NCBI GenBank assembly: GCA_030429765.1 | Contig: JAUIER010000006.1 | Coordinates: 23,925 to 87,924, forward strand | Reading direction: 5' to 3' | DNA: 64,000 bases | Source: a bacterium | GTDB taxonomy: Bacteria; Omnitrophota; Gorgyraeia; Zapsychrales; Zapsychraceae | Part shown: piece by piece, positions 38,593 through 49,054 of the stretch | Layout of the letters: each line of letters begins with the position of its first letter | Numbering within the stretch: the first letter of the stretch is position 1 | Position numbers and translations under genes: made by a program | Notes under the pieces: generated by a model | Database searches by the model: none | What the model saw: only the letters and a program-made list of their open reading frames with translations | What the model was told of the DNA's origin: nothing

Positions 38593-39768
38593 CTATGAGG
38601 CCTTTCGTTTACGCCGGCGTTTACGTTTCTGCACGATCAGCGAGCGCATATTTTCGAGTTTACCAAAACACAACAACAAATCGCCTTCCTGTAAATCGCG
38701 CGTGATCTTGGGATTGGAGATGGTGGTTGTCTCACGTTTGATGCTCATGATGACAATGTCTTTGTCCCGGAATCCGATCTCTTCGATTGTTTTTCCGATC
38801 ATCTCCGAATTCTTGAGGATATGAATCTCGGCCACGCCGTATCCTTTGTCCAGCGTCAGCCGCTGACGTAAATCAATCTCCGGAAAGTTACTCTGCTTCT
38901 CGAGAAACTCGACCATCGCGCCGGCGACATCCACCCCCGTCGCCCGCTCAATCCCTTCGAGTCCCGGTGAGGAGTTGACCTCCATCACCTGCGGACCGTC
39001 ATCGCCTTCGAGCATATCAACCCCGGCAATATTAAGCCCCATGATCTGAGCCGCCCGAACGGCGGTGCGTTTATAAGATTCATCCAGATCGACTTTCTCA
39101 ACCCGGCCGCCACGATGCACATTACTCCTGAATTCATCACCCTGGGCCACACGCCGCATCGCCGCGATCACATGCCCCCCGACGACGATCGCGCGGATAT
39201 CACGCCCCTTACTCTCTTTGACAAACTTCTGGATCAATACATTCTGCTTGGTGCTATGCAATGTCTCAATAATGGCCTCGGCCACCTTATTGGTATCCGC
39301 CAGGATCACTCCGATCCCCTGTGTTCCCTCAAGCAATTTGATGACCACCGGCGCGCCGCCTAATTCCTCAATCGCGCCCAGGATCGACTCTTTACGCTTC
39401 ACGAAAATCGTCTGCGGAAACCCGATGTTATGACGGGCGAGCAATTGTGTGGAGCGCAACTTGTCGCGGGCCGTGGCAATCCCCAACGATGAATTCAAAC
39501 AATACAATCCCATCTCCTGAAACTGACGTAACACGGCTGTCCCAAAAAATGTAATCGATGCCCCGACGCGCGGAATGACCGCGTCATAATGCGGGAACAA
39601 CTTGTTTTTGTAGAACAGCTCGGGATTGCCCTTTTCAACATTGATCGAAAAGTCCAGCGGATTGAACACCCTGACATCATGTCCCCGTGCCTTACAGGCC
39701 TCTCGTAATCGTCGCGTGCTATACAATCGCGGTCCGCGTGATAAAATCACAATCTTCATATTCTGCAT
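38593..39768 (-). CDS. rimK: RimK-family alpha-L-glutamate ligase with C-terminal TrkA-C (RCK_C) domain
   Basis: YSTRRL, IPRVGAS, KLLEGTQGIGV, FRSNVHRGG, EVNSSPGLEGIE; RCK_C tail. Confidence 0.92.
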   Translation of the reverse strand: MQNMKIVILSRGPRLYSTRRLREACKARGHDVRVFNPLDFSINVEKGNPELFYKNKLFPHYDAVIPRVGASITFFGTAVLRQFQEMGLYCLNSSLGIATARDKLRSTQLLARHNIGFPQTIFVKRKESILGAIEELGGAPVVIKLLEGTQGIGVILADTNKVAEAIIETLHSTKQNVLIQKFVKESKGRDIRAIVVGGHVIAAMRRVAQGDEFRSNVHRGGRVEKVDLDESYKRTAVRAAQIMGLNIAGVDMLEGDDGPQVMEVNSSPGLEGIERATGVDVAGAMVEFLEKQSNFPEIDLRQRLTLDKGYGVAEIHILKNSEMIGKTIEEIGFRDKDIVIMSIKRETTTISNPKITRDLQEGDLLLCFGKLENMRSLIVQKRKRRRKRKAS

Positions 39769-39783
39769 AGTAGCTCTTTTCTG

Positions 39784-40227
39784 TTAAATGTGTTTACGGG
39801 CTGATTTGTTTCCCAGTAAATATCCATGATCAACGTCGACGAGAAATTCATCTTCGATGGCCGTCCGTCCGATCAGCATCCGGAAGGTCATCTCTTCACG
39901 CCCCATGATATTAATCTTGACCTTACGGACGACCGGTCCCATTTTAAGCGTGGTTTCCACATAGTACCGGCGGGTTCGGACGCCGATGCTGGATTTAACC
40001 TTACCTTGCCGCGCCACTTCGGCCACGATACGTTTGCGGCGCTTTTCTTTTTTGTCCAGGACCAGATAAAAACTGATCCGTCCGTCGCCGAGATCCTTGA
40101 TATCCTCACCGTGCACCGAACAGCTCTTGGCGCCGGTATCGATCTTGGCCTTGAGATGACGAATCCCCCATTCGGGAAGATCCACATATTCCCGCCATCC
40201 GATAATGCGTTTGTCTTTTCGCACCAT
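39784..40227 (-). CDS. RimK-associated retropepsin-like protease (RimB-like)
   Basis: IGWREYV.LP, AKIDTGA..S.H, FRMLIGRTA. Confidence 0.88.
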   Translation of the reverse strand: MVRKDKRIIGWREYVDLPEWGIRHLKAKIDTGAKSCSVHGEDIKDLGDGRISFYLVLDKKEKRRKRIVAEVARQGKVKSSIGVRTRRYYVETTLKMGPVVRKVKINIMGREEMTFRMLIGRTAIEDEFLVDVDHGYLLGNKSARKHI

Positions 40228-40229
40228 AA

Positions 40230-41282
40230 TTACATCCATCCTTTGCGCTTGAAGAAAATAATCATGCCCAGTCCAACACTGACCATGACGCCCACCGCCA
40301 CAAAATAACTGTAGCGCCACTTGAGCTCCGGCATGTATTCAAAATTCATCCCATAAATCCCGGCAATAAATGTCAACGGTATAAACAGCGCGGAGAAAAT
40401 CGTCAGGACCTTCATCACCTCGTTCATCCGGTTGCTGATCGTCGACAAATAAATATCATGCAGACCCGAAACGGCGTCGCGAAACGCCTCAAGTGTGTCG
40501 TTGACCTGAATCGAGTGATCATAAACATCACGTAAAAATACACCGATCGCCGGATCAATCAGCGCTGATTCCATCCGGTGAAAATTGGCCAGCACCTCGC
40601 GCAACGGCCAGATCTGTTTGCGTAAAAAAATCACCTGTGTCTTCAACCGGTAAATCTTCAGTGATATGTTATTATCCGCCTTGTCCAATAACTCACTTTC
40701 CAGGGCATCGATACGTTCCCCCATCCGTTCCAGCACGACAAAATAGTGATCGACGATCGCGTCCAACAGCGCGTAGGCCAAATAATCCGCCTTCATCTTG
40801 CGTATCCGGCCGCGGCTCTCCCGGATCCGTTCCCGCACGGTTTCAAACACATCGCCCTCCCGCTCCTGAAATGAGATCACATAATTCTCGCCGATCACCA
40901 AACCGATCTGCTCGGCGACAATGTCATCGGAGGCCTTGTCAAAATAGATCATCTTGAGCACCAAAAACAGATATCCTTCATATTCCTCAATCTTCGGACG
41001 CTGTCCCAAATTGACCACGTCTTCCAGAACCAGCGGGTGTATGCCGAAATGCTCGTCGATCTTACGGATCACATCGGCATCATTTCCGATGATATTGATC
41101 CAGCTGACAGACCCGGTATCACGGCAGCTGAAAGATTCCTCGATGGAGGACAACGGCTTTTCGGTAATGTCGCCGGCGTCGTAATCGATGAGTTCAATTC
41201 GTGTCGGCTGATCAGATTTATCAGACTCTATTGATCCGGGTACCGCCCCGACGCGTATTTTCTTTTTGTAAAGCAACGGCAT
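40230..41282 (-). CDS. corA: Magnesium/cobalt transporter CorA
   Basis: HPLVLED, QRPKIE, GIYGMNF..MPEL.W. Confidence 0.95.
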   Translation of the reverse strand: MPLLYKKKIRVGAVPGSIESDKSDQPTRIELIDYDAGDITEKPLSSIEESFSCRDTGSVSWINIIGNDADVIRKIDEHFGIHPLVLEDVVNLGQRPKIEEYEGYLFLVLKMIYFDKASDDIVAEQIGLVIGENYVISFQEREGDVFETVRERIRESRGRIRKMKADYLAYALLDAIVDHYFVVLERMGERIDALESELLDKADNNISLKIYRLKTQVIFLRKQIWPLREVLANFHRMESALIDPAIGVFLRDVYDHSIQVNDTLEAFRDAVSGLHDIYLSTISNRMNEVMKVLTIFSALFIPLTFIAGIYGMNFEYMPELKWRYSYFVAVGVMVSVGLGMIIFFKRKGWM

Positions 41283-41285
41283 GTT

Positions 41286-42173
41286 TTACTCCTTGGATGA
41301 TTTCGGTTGAAGAACCTCTATCGCCGGGGTCATCTGCAAATGCAGATCACGCTGCGGGAACGGAATGCGGATGTCTTTTTCCCGGAAGGCGGCATCAATC
41401 TTGAAATTAATATCACTGCGTAAAATCCTTTGTTTCTCGGGCGTACCGGTCCAGACGAGCAGATCAAAGTTCAATGACGAGTCACCAAACTCCAAAAACC
41501 GGACTTCCGGCTTCGGATCGTTGAGCACATCAGGATTAGCCTCGGCCACATCCAGCAGCGTCTGACGCACCAACTCCACATCTGATCCGTATGCCACACC
41601 GACGGGACAATGAATACGGATCCGCGGATCTTCGATCGACCAGTTTAAGACATCATTCTCGATAAATTTTGAATTGGGGACAATAACGGTGACATTGTCA
41701 AACGTTCGGATGCTGGTGGATCGCATGTTAATACTTTTGACTTCGGCAATGCTGTCTCCGTGTTTGATCAAATCTCCAACACCCACCGGACGTTCAAAGA
41801 GCAGGATTAACCCGGAGATAAAATTCGACGTGACATTCTGTAAACCGAAACCGATCCCCACACTTAAAAATCCAAATGTCACCGCCAATGTGGAAAAATT
41901 CAGCCCCACACACTGGGCGGCCAGAAAGACCCCCAAAACAACAAAGGTGTAGTGAACAATCCGGTTCAGCGAGTAGATCACCGAACTTGAAACCTTACGT
42001 CTGCGTTTTTTAAGCCTGATACTGATGATCTTCTGTGTGATCGATGACACGATGAGCGCGCCGATAAAGATAATAATACCGACACCCACACCGCCGATTG
42101 TCACGGCCGTGTCACCGATATGAAAGATAGGATAATTGATGACTTTAAAAATACTCTCGAGATTGGCGCTCAT
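41286..42173 (-). CDS. mscS: Small-conductance mechanosensitive channel
   Basis: GIGFGLQN...NFISG...ERP..VGD, VPNS, VAYGSD, IPFPQ. Confidence 0.92.
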   Translation of the reverse strand: MSANLESIFKVINYPIFHIGDTAVTIGGVGVGIIIFIGALIVSSITQKIISIRLKKRRRKVSSSVIYSLNRIVHYTFVVLGVFLAAQCVGLNFSTLAVTFGFLSVGIGFGLQNVTSNFISGLILLFERPVGVGDLIKHGDSIAEVKSINMRSTSIRTFDNVTVIVPNSKFIENDVLNWSIEDPRIRIHCPVGVAYGSDVELVRQTLLDVAEANPDVLNDPKPEVRFLEFGDSSLNFDLLVWTGTPEKQRILRSDINFKIDAAFREKDIRIPFPQRDLHLQMTPAIEVLQPKSSKE

Positions 42174-42282
42174 TTGACCTCCTCTGAATGGTATATCCCC
42201 CGTTGAATTGTAAACATCTTTAGCGGGAGATTACAAGGATAATTCTCAGGCTTTGCCCCTCCGCCTATTTCAACCGCCGGGA

Positions 42283-45200
42283 TTATTCCACCATCATAAT
42301 CGCCCCCCGCTTCGGACCATATGGCGGGAAAATCCAGAATGGTGTGGTCTCCGCATCATCGTTGCCACCGCTGTTGATCGAGAATTGGGCTGTAATATCA
42401 TTCGATGACGCCTCGGAATCCTGCACATCCAGGAAGCTCGTGGATTGATCTCCCGCGGTGACATTAATGTCAAACCGGGTGCCCGGTGTGCTTGATCGCA
42501 GCTGCAATCGTCTTGCCGGCCCGGTCCCAAACATGGTCAATGTATTGGAAATCGTGATCGTGGAGCTTTGGCCGACCGTTAGGGTATCGGCTGAGTTGGC
42601 CACTTTCTGAAGATTATAAAACGTTTCACCCGCCGGAATATCCTGATCTGTTCCATCCAGAATGACTGTCCCCTGATGTTCATCAAACGCCCCGCCAAAA
42701 TTCAGCCAATTGCCATTGAGATTCACCGTCCGGTCATTGGTCACATCCACATCCAGCTCGCCCGAGAATAATCCCAACGTTCCATTCACATCCAGGTCGT
42801 CCTGCAGCGTATACATCCCGAGATTCATATTCGGCATATCACCATTGGCCAGTCGGCTGGCTTCGGCCGCTCCAAGCACACGATTGTAAATCCTCATTTC
42901 ATCCAGGGTTCCCACAAAAATCTGACCGGTATCAAATCCGCCGCCGACAGAATCCTGCTCCTGGGCAAACATCAGCCCTCCATCATCAATGGAAACCGTC
43001 GACATTGTCAAACTTTGAGGGTTTTCATCGTCGGCGACTCCATCGATATATAGATTGACCTGATTGTTGGCATCATCCCTCACCATCATCACGTGATGCC
43101 ACACATTGTCTGCAATAGATGTGATCGTCCACGTGACATTACCCGCTCCGGCATAGAAACTCGGCGCAGTATCTGATGTGAAGAAAATCAGATATTCATT
43201 ATTAGACGAAGCATTGGCCCCGGAGATCACCGCCGCGTTACCCGTACGGGTGGTCCGCATCCAGAAGGCGGCTGTAATATCTCCAAGCCCGTCAATCGTC
43301 GTGTTAGGTATCGTCACATATTCATCTGTGGATGTTGTATTAATGTCTAACGAATAGGTATTGGCAAAATTGACCGGAACAGGTGTAACCCAATCTCCGG
43401 CATCGACGTTAAAGTATGTTCCATGTCGATTATACCCTGAATGATCCAGCGCCGTTGAGCCTGTACCTTCATCAAATTTCCAGTAACCGACCAGTCCGTC
43501 ATTCAGTGTCAAATCATTAAAACTCTGACCATTAGACGTTATTGTCTCCGTGTTTGTGGAGGTGAGCATCACTTGTCCCGAGGAAGTGAACGATCCGCCC
43601 GTCGCATCCCATGATCCGTCGACAAATATTGAATTGGATCCCATCGTAAATACGCCGTTGATATCGATATCGCCCAATGTCGTAGCGGCTCCCGGCGCAT
43701 ATGTTGTCCCACTCCAAATATACATCTCCTTGTCCGAGGCCATCGTTAATATTGTTCCATTCATCGTATAGAAGTCTGTAATATCTGTATCTCCGTTGTT
43801 ATCAGCGGTAGCAAAGTCAGTATTGGTGATAGAACCTGTGTTGAGCTGCCGGACGATCAACCGGTCTTGATACAGATCAACACCGGATTGGGATCCTGAT
43901 TGCGCCTCCAGCACCGCCAGGGCCTGCTCGGGTTCACCGTCGAGATAAACAGTCAAGATATCGCCGGCGACATAGTTCAGACCGCTGATTGAATAATTTC
44001 CGCTCGCGTCCGTATCGTCCGTACCCGATGCGGCAGCCCCATTGATCGAGACAGCCACTGTTTTGGCCGCTCCGATGTTTGTCGTTCCCTCATCGGTGAA
44101 GACGGTCCCGCTCAGAATGGCTCCGACAAAGTTCCAGTTGGTATTTCCGCCGCTGTTGGTGTTTGTGCCGTCAAAGGCGATGATCTCGCTGCCGCCGGAC
44201 GCATTCGAATTTTGCACGTCCACATAACTGGCCTGACCGACACCGGTTACATCCAAGGTCCAGACCGATCCGACATTCAGATCAATCAAATCGCCTGATT
44301 CTCCGGTCAATGTCATATCCCCACCCACCGTGACATCGATACCGGCCAAACCGGCCGCGACGTTTTGACTGCTCACGCCCATGGTCCAATTGCCGGTGAT
44401 CGAGGCATCATTGGTATTAAAGTCCCAAGTTCCCGACGGTATACTCAATGTACCGTTGACCGTCAGATTAGCCCCCAGCTGATATTCATCCGTGTCGCCA
44501 TCATCTGAGTTGATAATCAAATTATGATAGGTTGAAGACAGTGTCGTGATTGTATACGTATCGGCCGCCGTGTCATCGTCTCCTCGATAAATGACGGTCG
44601 AGCCTGAGTTAATATTCACGGTGCTCGTCGTAATCGTCTGTCCGCCCGAAAGATCCAATGTTCCTCCGTCTCCCACGATCAATGTGCTTGTTACACTAAA
44701 GTCGTTGGCTTCGATATCAAAATCACCGTAGACATCCAAATCAGGCGTAGTGACCGTCCCGCCGGGTGTAAACACATTATCTCCCGGCCAGATGTACAGA
44801 TCATACCCCGCGCTGACCGTCAGATTACCGGCAGAGATAGAATATGCGCCCGTAATATCCGCATCACCATTGTTATCGGCTGTGGCCAAATTTGTATTTG
44901 TAACCGGCGCTCCGAATTCGCTACGGACAATCAAGTGATTCTCATACAGATCCACATCGGTTTTATTCCCCACGCCCGCCGCAACCACCGTCACTGCTTT
45001 TTCGGTTTCTCCATCAATGTAAATAGTCAGAATGTCACCCGGCACCGTCGATATCCCCGTAAATCCATAATCACCGTTGGCATCGGTCACATCTGTCGCC
45101 GCGGCAGCCGCCCCATTGATGGATATGGCAACCGTAATGCCTGATCCAATATTAGTCACACCCTCATCGGTGTACACGGTACCGCCGATATTCACCGGCA

Positions 45201-46800
45201 GGTTAAAATCCCAATGTGGAATCGACTCACCGTCATCATTACCGCCGTCATTGGTGGAATTCACGGCAACCACACTGAATGTTGACGTTTCGGAATCTCT
45301 CACCCGCACAAAATTCACCACCTGATCTTTGTCCGTGATATCCAGTTCAAATCGTGTTCCCGGTGTATCGGATCCCAGCCCCAGCAGCTGTCCGGAGGCT
45401 CCTTCCAATTTTAATGTTCCATCAATCGTCACGGTCGCGTCGGCCGTAAACGTGATTGTACTCGCCGTGGAGATAGTTTTGGCCAGATTGTAGAATGTTT
45501 CGTCATTCACGATATTCTGAGCGCCGCCGTCGAGCGTGACCGTTCCCTGTTGTCCCATAAATACACCCCCCTGATTAACCCAATCGCCAGCCAAGGTCAC
45601 TCCATAGTTATTGGTTGAATCAACATCCAGAACACCTGAATTTAGATAAATGTCTCCATCAATATCTAGTTGATCCTGCAAGGTGAATGTCGCCCCGCTG
45701 AGATACAGAATATCCCCGTTAGCCAATGTCGCTATTTCGGCCGTCGTCAACGCCCGATTATAGGCCCTCCACTCGTCGATCTGTCCATCATAGTAATTAC
45801 CCAATCCTCCAGAGCATCCGCTGTCGACGTCCGTTCCGATGTATACAGGACATGTATCGAAATTCAGCACACCTGCATCATTCGCAGTTGTTGCATCCTG
45901 GATCCCATTGATATAGTGCCGTATGGTTGACCCGGACCGGGTGACCGCCACATGAGTCCAGACATTCGTCGACAGTGTCGAGGTACTGTTCATTCGACTG
46001 GTGTTGTTGGTAAATGTATTCAGCCGACCGCTGGATACACGGAAGATCAGCTCATTCTGCCCGCCTGAATTTGGAGACATCACAATCATTTCGTCGGACG
46101 TGGAATCCACATTAATCCACGCGGCGTAGGTGAAATCTCCCGTGGGCAGCTGAGGACTGTTGATCGCCACATAATCGCTGTCGCCATCCAGGTCTACACT
46201 GCGAAGGTTCGGGAAATTTAACGTCGGGATAGCCGTATTGCTGGCCGCCGTACCATTCCATGTGCCATCGCGTCCAAATCCGGATGAATCACACGCATCG
46301 TTGACCCCACCTGAACAGGTATTTGCCGACGTTTCATCGAATTTCATGTAGATGATCAGCCCGTCGTTGATTACCACATCATTGAAGGCGTCATTGTCCG
46401 GATCGATGGTTTCGTTATCCGTGGAGCTGAAGATCACCGTTGATGTCGCGGCACTGAATGTTCCTCCGGTATTGCTCCATGCCCCGTCGACAATCAGCCG
46501 ATTGGATCCCGCCGACAAGGTTCCGCCCGCACCGATGGTGACATCGCTGACCGAATGGTCCGCGCTCAAGGTGACGGTATGTGAGTCAATGGTGGCGGTA
46601 TCGTTGATCCCCGGATAATCTGTCCCCTCGGTACAGCTGACCGCACAGGCCCCGCCCCACGTCGTCCCGATATTCCAGTTGCCGGTCGCCGCATCATTAA
46701 AGGCCGCCGCATACACGAAGACCGCAGACAGACTCATACCCATAAACAGCATGACTGCCACGATACTCTTTAACCAATTGTGAATGCGTCTGGTTTTCAC
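42283..46800 (-). CDS. Large secreted surface protein with two LamG domains in duplicated beta-helix/Ig-like modules
   Basis: Signal peptide; two GL..Y.KFDE...W.HV...G..DE.R.YNR.L units; duplicated GTV(Y/F)TDEG.TNIG blocks. Confidence 0.8.
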   Translation of the reverse strand: MKTRRIHNWLKSIVAVMLFMGMSLSAVFVYAAAFNDAATGNWNIGTTWGGACAVSCTEGTDYPGINDTATIDSHTVTLSADHSVSDVTIGAGGTLSAGSNRLIVDGAWSNTGGTFSAATSTVIFSSTDNETIDPDNDAFNDVVINDGLIIYMKFDETSANTCSGGVNDACDSSGFGRDGTWNGTAASNTAIPTLNFPNLRSVDLDGDSDYVAINSPQLPTGDFTYAAWINVDSTSDEMIVMSPNSGGQNELIFRVSSGRLNTFTNNTSRMNSTSTLSTNVWTHVAVTRSGSTIRHYINGIQDATTANDAGVLNFDTCPVYIGTDVDSGCSGGLGNYYDGQIDEWRAYNRALTTAEIATLANGDILYLSGATFTLQDQLDIDGDIYLNSGVLDVDSTNNYGVTLAGDWVNQGGVFMGQQGTVTLDGGAQNIVNDETFYNLAKTISTASTITFTADATVTIDGTLKLEGASGQLLGLGSDTPGTRFELDITDKDQVVNFVRVRDSETSTFSVVAVNSTNDGGNDDGESIPHWDFNLPVNIGGTVYTDEGVTNIGSGITVAISINGAAAAATDVTDANGDYGFTGISTVPGDILTIYIDGETEKAVTVVAAGVGNKTDVDLYENHLIVRSEFGAPVTNTNLATADNNGDADITGAYSISAGNLTVSAGYDLYIWPGDNVFTPGGTVTTPDLDVYGDFDIEANDFSVTSTLIVGDGGTLDLSGGQTITTSTVNINSGSTVIYRGDDDTAADTYTITTLSSTYHNLIINSDDGDTDEYQLGANLTVNGTLSIPSGTWDFNTNDASITGNWTMGVSSQNVAAGLAGIDVTVGGDMTLTGESGDLIDLNVGSVWTLDVTGVGQASYVDVQNSNASGGSEIIAFDGTNTNSGGNTNWNFVGAILSGTVFTDEGTTNIGAAKTVAVSINGAAASGTDDTDASGNYSISGLNYVAGDILTVYLDGEPEQALAVLEAQSGSQSGVDLYQDRLIVRQLNTGSITNTDFATADNNGDTDITDFYTMNGTILTMASDKEMYIWSGTTYAPGAATTLGDIDINGVFTMGSNSIFVDGSWDATGGSFTSSGQVMLTSTNTETITSNGQSFNDLTLNDGLVGYWKFDEGTGSTALDHSGYNRHGTYFNVDAGDWVTPVPVNFANTYSLDINTTSTDEYVTIPNTTIDGLGDITAAFWMRTTRTGNAAVISGANASSNNEYLIFFTSDTAPSFYAGAGNVTWTITSIADNVWHHVMMVRDDANNQVNLYIDGVADDENPQSLTMSTVSIDDGGLMFAQEQDSVGGGFDTGQIFVGTLDEMRIYNRVLGAAEASRLANGDMPNMNLGMYTLQDDLDVNGTLGLFSGELDVDVTNDRTVNLNGNWLNFGGAFDEHQGTVILDGTDQDIPAGETFYNLQKVANSADTLTVGQSSTITISNTLTMFGTGPARRLQLRSSTPGTRFDINVTAGDQSTSFLDVQDSEASSNDITAQFSINSGGNDDAETTPFWIFPPYGPKRGAIMMVE

Positions 46801-46801
46801 T

Positions 46802-47515
46802 TTATGTGTCCGGACCTGACTCTGGTTTATCTAGCTTGCGTTGTTCTAAAATTTCTCGAACGTCCCTGTCTGCGATGACATATTTTCGTCCGACCTTGAT
46901 CGCCGGGATCCTGCCCAGACGGATCTGTTTGAATACGGCAATTCGAGTGACGCCCATTTGATGTGCCAATTCCGGAACGGACCATTGACGATCCGCCGAT
47001 TCCTGTTGTGGATCCACCGCGATAACATAGCCCCGTCCCACGCGACGGGCTTCCAGCATCCCATTCTTCACCCGTTTGTAGATGGCGATACGGCTCACAT
47101 TCATCAAACGCGCGTACTCTGGAATGGACAGATACTCTCTAGCCGTGTGTATGGCCTCGGTTTTATGACTCTGAATCTCCTCAATGTCCGAGCGCGCAAT
47201 CACGTAGTGCCGACCGACTTTGCGGGCCTTGAGCTGTCCGCGCTCTATCCGTTTGGATATCGCGGACCGGCTCACACCCAGAATGCCAGCCGCTTCCATG
47301 ACGGATACATATGCGGCGGCCTGGTGAAGTTCTGATCTGGCTGATGAGATGTGGTCTTTGAAGAATGATTCGGGGATCGCGTAGCTGCGTCCGATCTTGA
47401 TGGCTGGAATTTGCCGCCGCTGAATGCGTTTAAGGACACCGACCCTGGATAAAGCCAGGATTCGGGCGGCTTCTATGGTCGAAATGTAATTGGGCTTGAA
47501 TGCTGACATGGTCAC
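46802..47515 (-). CDS. Protein of four tandem HTH_17 (Xis/BldC-like) domains
   Basis: Four copies of S..E.A...(V/L)SR..(V/I).K.I..G...A.KVGR.YVI. Confidence 0.85.
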   Translation of the reverse strand: MTMSAFKPNYISTIEAARILALSRVGVLKRIQRRQIPAIKIGRSYAIPESFFKDHISSARSELHQAAAYVSVMEAAGILGVSRSAISKRIERGQLKARKVGRHYVIARSDIEEIQSHKTEAIHTAREYLSIPEYARLMNVSRIAIYKRVKNGMLEARRVGRGYVIAVDPQQESADRQWSVPELAHQMGVTRIAVFKQIRLGRIPAIKVGRKYVIADRDVREILEQRKLDKPESGPDT

Positions 47516-47524
47516 AACGATCTG

Positions 47525-47596
47525 GTTAACCGCTTGGTTAACAATGTCTACTATTGATAACTATTTTGCCGTAATTTTTGGTTAACTAGAGTTAAC
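47525..47596. promoter_or_regulatory. Cluster of GTTAAC boxes upstream of the 4xHTH gene
   Basis: GTTAAC at 47525, 47537, 47581 and 47591; GATAAC at 47556. Confidence 0.6.
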
Positions 47597-47647
47597 CTAT
47601 CTTATAATACCATTTGGAGGGTATTCGGATAGAAAAAATGCGGGATT

Positions 47648-49054
47648 TTAGGAGGATCCCAGAGAGGTCAATGAATGCCGGGTTCGATTCGGCTGAGTCG
47701 ATGCCGCCAGCAAAATCGTGACCGTGGTGACCAACGGAAAGAAATGCAGTAATAATCGCGGGACATTGACCTTTTCGTAGTACCCGATAATAAGATCGTA
47801 GTTTTCCGTAAACACGATCACACCGAAATGCAGTCCTAGAAACAGCACAATCGTTCCCAATAACAAATACACATCACGGGACACACGCTGAACGAATACC
47901 AGCACAACGCTCAGAACGAATACCCACCACAGAATATTCCAGTGCCCGCTCACAAACATAAACTTGAACAAGGCCTTTACGGTGGCGGGAATGCGCGGCC
48001 AGTCCGTCCATTGAAAGTCAAATCCCGCTCGCTCGGCAATCTCCACCCCATGCACGATCTTGCCGATGGCGTAGAGTACTATCGGAATAATCGCGATCAC
48101 GGTAAATTGGATCAACTTCTTAACCCGGGCCGCGATGGCTTGTTTGGACATCCACAATACCGCCAACAACAGGAACATATGAATCATCCAATACCCATTG
48201 CCTTCCAGTTTAACGAACGTCCCGGCCCCGGAAAAAACCGCCGCCAATATCAGGTACGCATTTTTTTGGTGGCGAGACCACAAAATAATCCAGAACACCG
48301 TCGAGCAATTATACAGGACCAGGGTCCATTCCCGATACGCCACGGCGGCAAACGACAACGCGTATTCCGACGTAAAAATCAATCCCACACCGATGAGGGC
48401 CCAGAGTTTATGGACAAAACAACGCAGAAAATAGTAATTGATCACGATAAACGCCATGAAATTCAACGGAAAGATGATCTTGATCCATTGATCATTCCAA
48501 TGCTGCAGATTCATTGAGATCCATGTCGCCCACAAAGGAACGTGCAAAGGATAAGACGGACGCGGTACATTTTTAAGAGAAGCCAAACTATTCTCATGGA
48601 AAAAGACGTGCGCCTTGAACATACTCGTCGACATCGCGTCCCAGACGAACACCGGCATGTTCAGCGCACGCCAGAAGATCATCCATACATGCACCGCCAG
48701 ATACAGCATCAAAAGCGCATAGCTCAGCCGTTGAAGTGTGGTCATATCATCATTATCCACGAGCCTCATGTAAGCCGTTTCCTCAACAGACCGTTTCCGT
48801 CCTCGGATCAGACTCATCCCGAGAGACGCGCCGCCCATTCCCATCAGTCCTCCATAAATCGTCGCCCCCGACCAGGGAATTCCGGTCAGATCATACATCA
48901 ACATTAACATCGGCAGCAGCATGGAACCCAACGCGTACGAAACAGCCAACGTCAATGGTACCGGCCATTCCTCATCCACGATGCAACGCAACATCCCGTA
49001 GCCGGCAATCACGGGAATCATAATCGTAAGAATCAATGGAAGATAGTCAATCAT
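47648..49054 (-). CDS. Polytopic membrane protein, GT-C (PMT-like) glycosyltransferase-like
   Basis: ~13 TM; WDA, YPL..P, KLEG motifs. Confidence 0.65.
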   Translation of the reverse strand: MIDYLPLILTIMIPVIAGYGMLRCIVDEEWPVPLTLAVSYALGSMLLPMLMLMYDLTGIPWSGATIYGGLMGMGGASLGMSLIRGRKRSVEETAYMRLVDNDDMTTLQRLSYALLMLYLAVHVWMIFWRALNMPVFVWDAMSTSMFKAHVFFHENSLASLKNVPRPSYPLHVPLWATWISMNLQHWNDQWIKIIFPLNFMAFIVINYYFLRCFVHKLWALIGVGLIFTSEYALSFAAVAYREWTLVLYNCSTVFWIILWSRHQKNAYLILAAVFSGAGTFVKLEGNGYWMIHMFLLLAVLWMSKQAIAARVKKLIQFTVIAIIPIVLYAIGKIVHGVEIAERAGFDFQWTDWPRIPATVKALFKFMFVSGHWNILWWVFVLSVVLVFVQRVSRDVYLLLGTIVLFLGLHFGVIVFTENYDLIIGYYEKVNVPRLLLHFFPLVTTVTILLAASTQPNRTRHSLTSLGSS

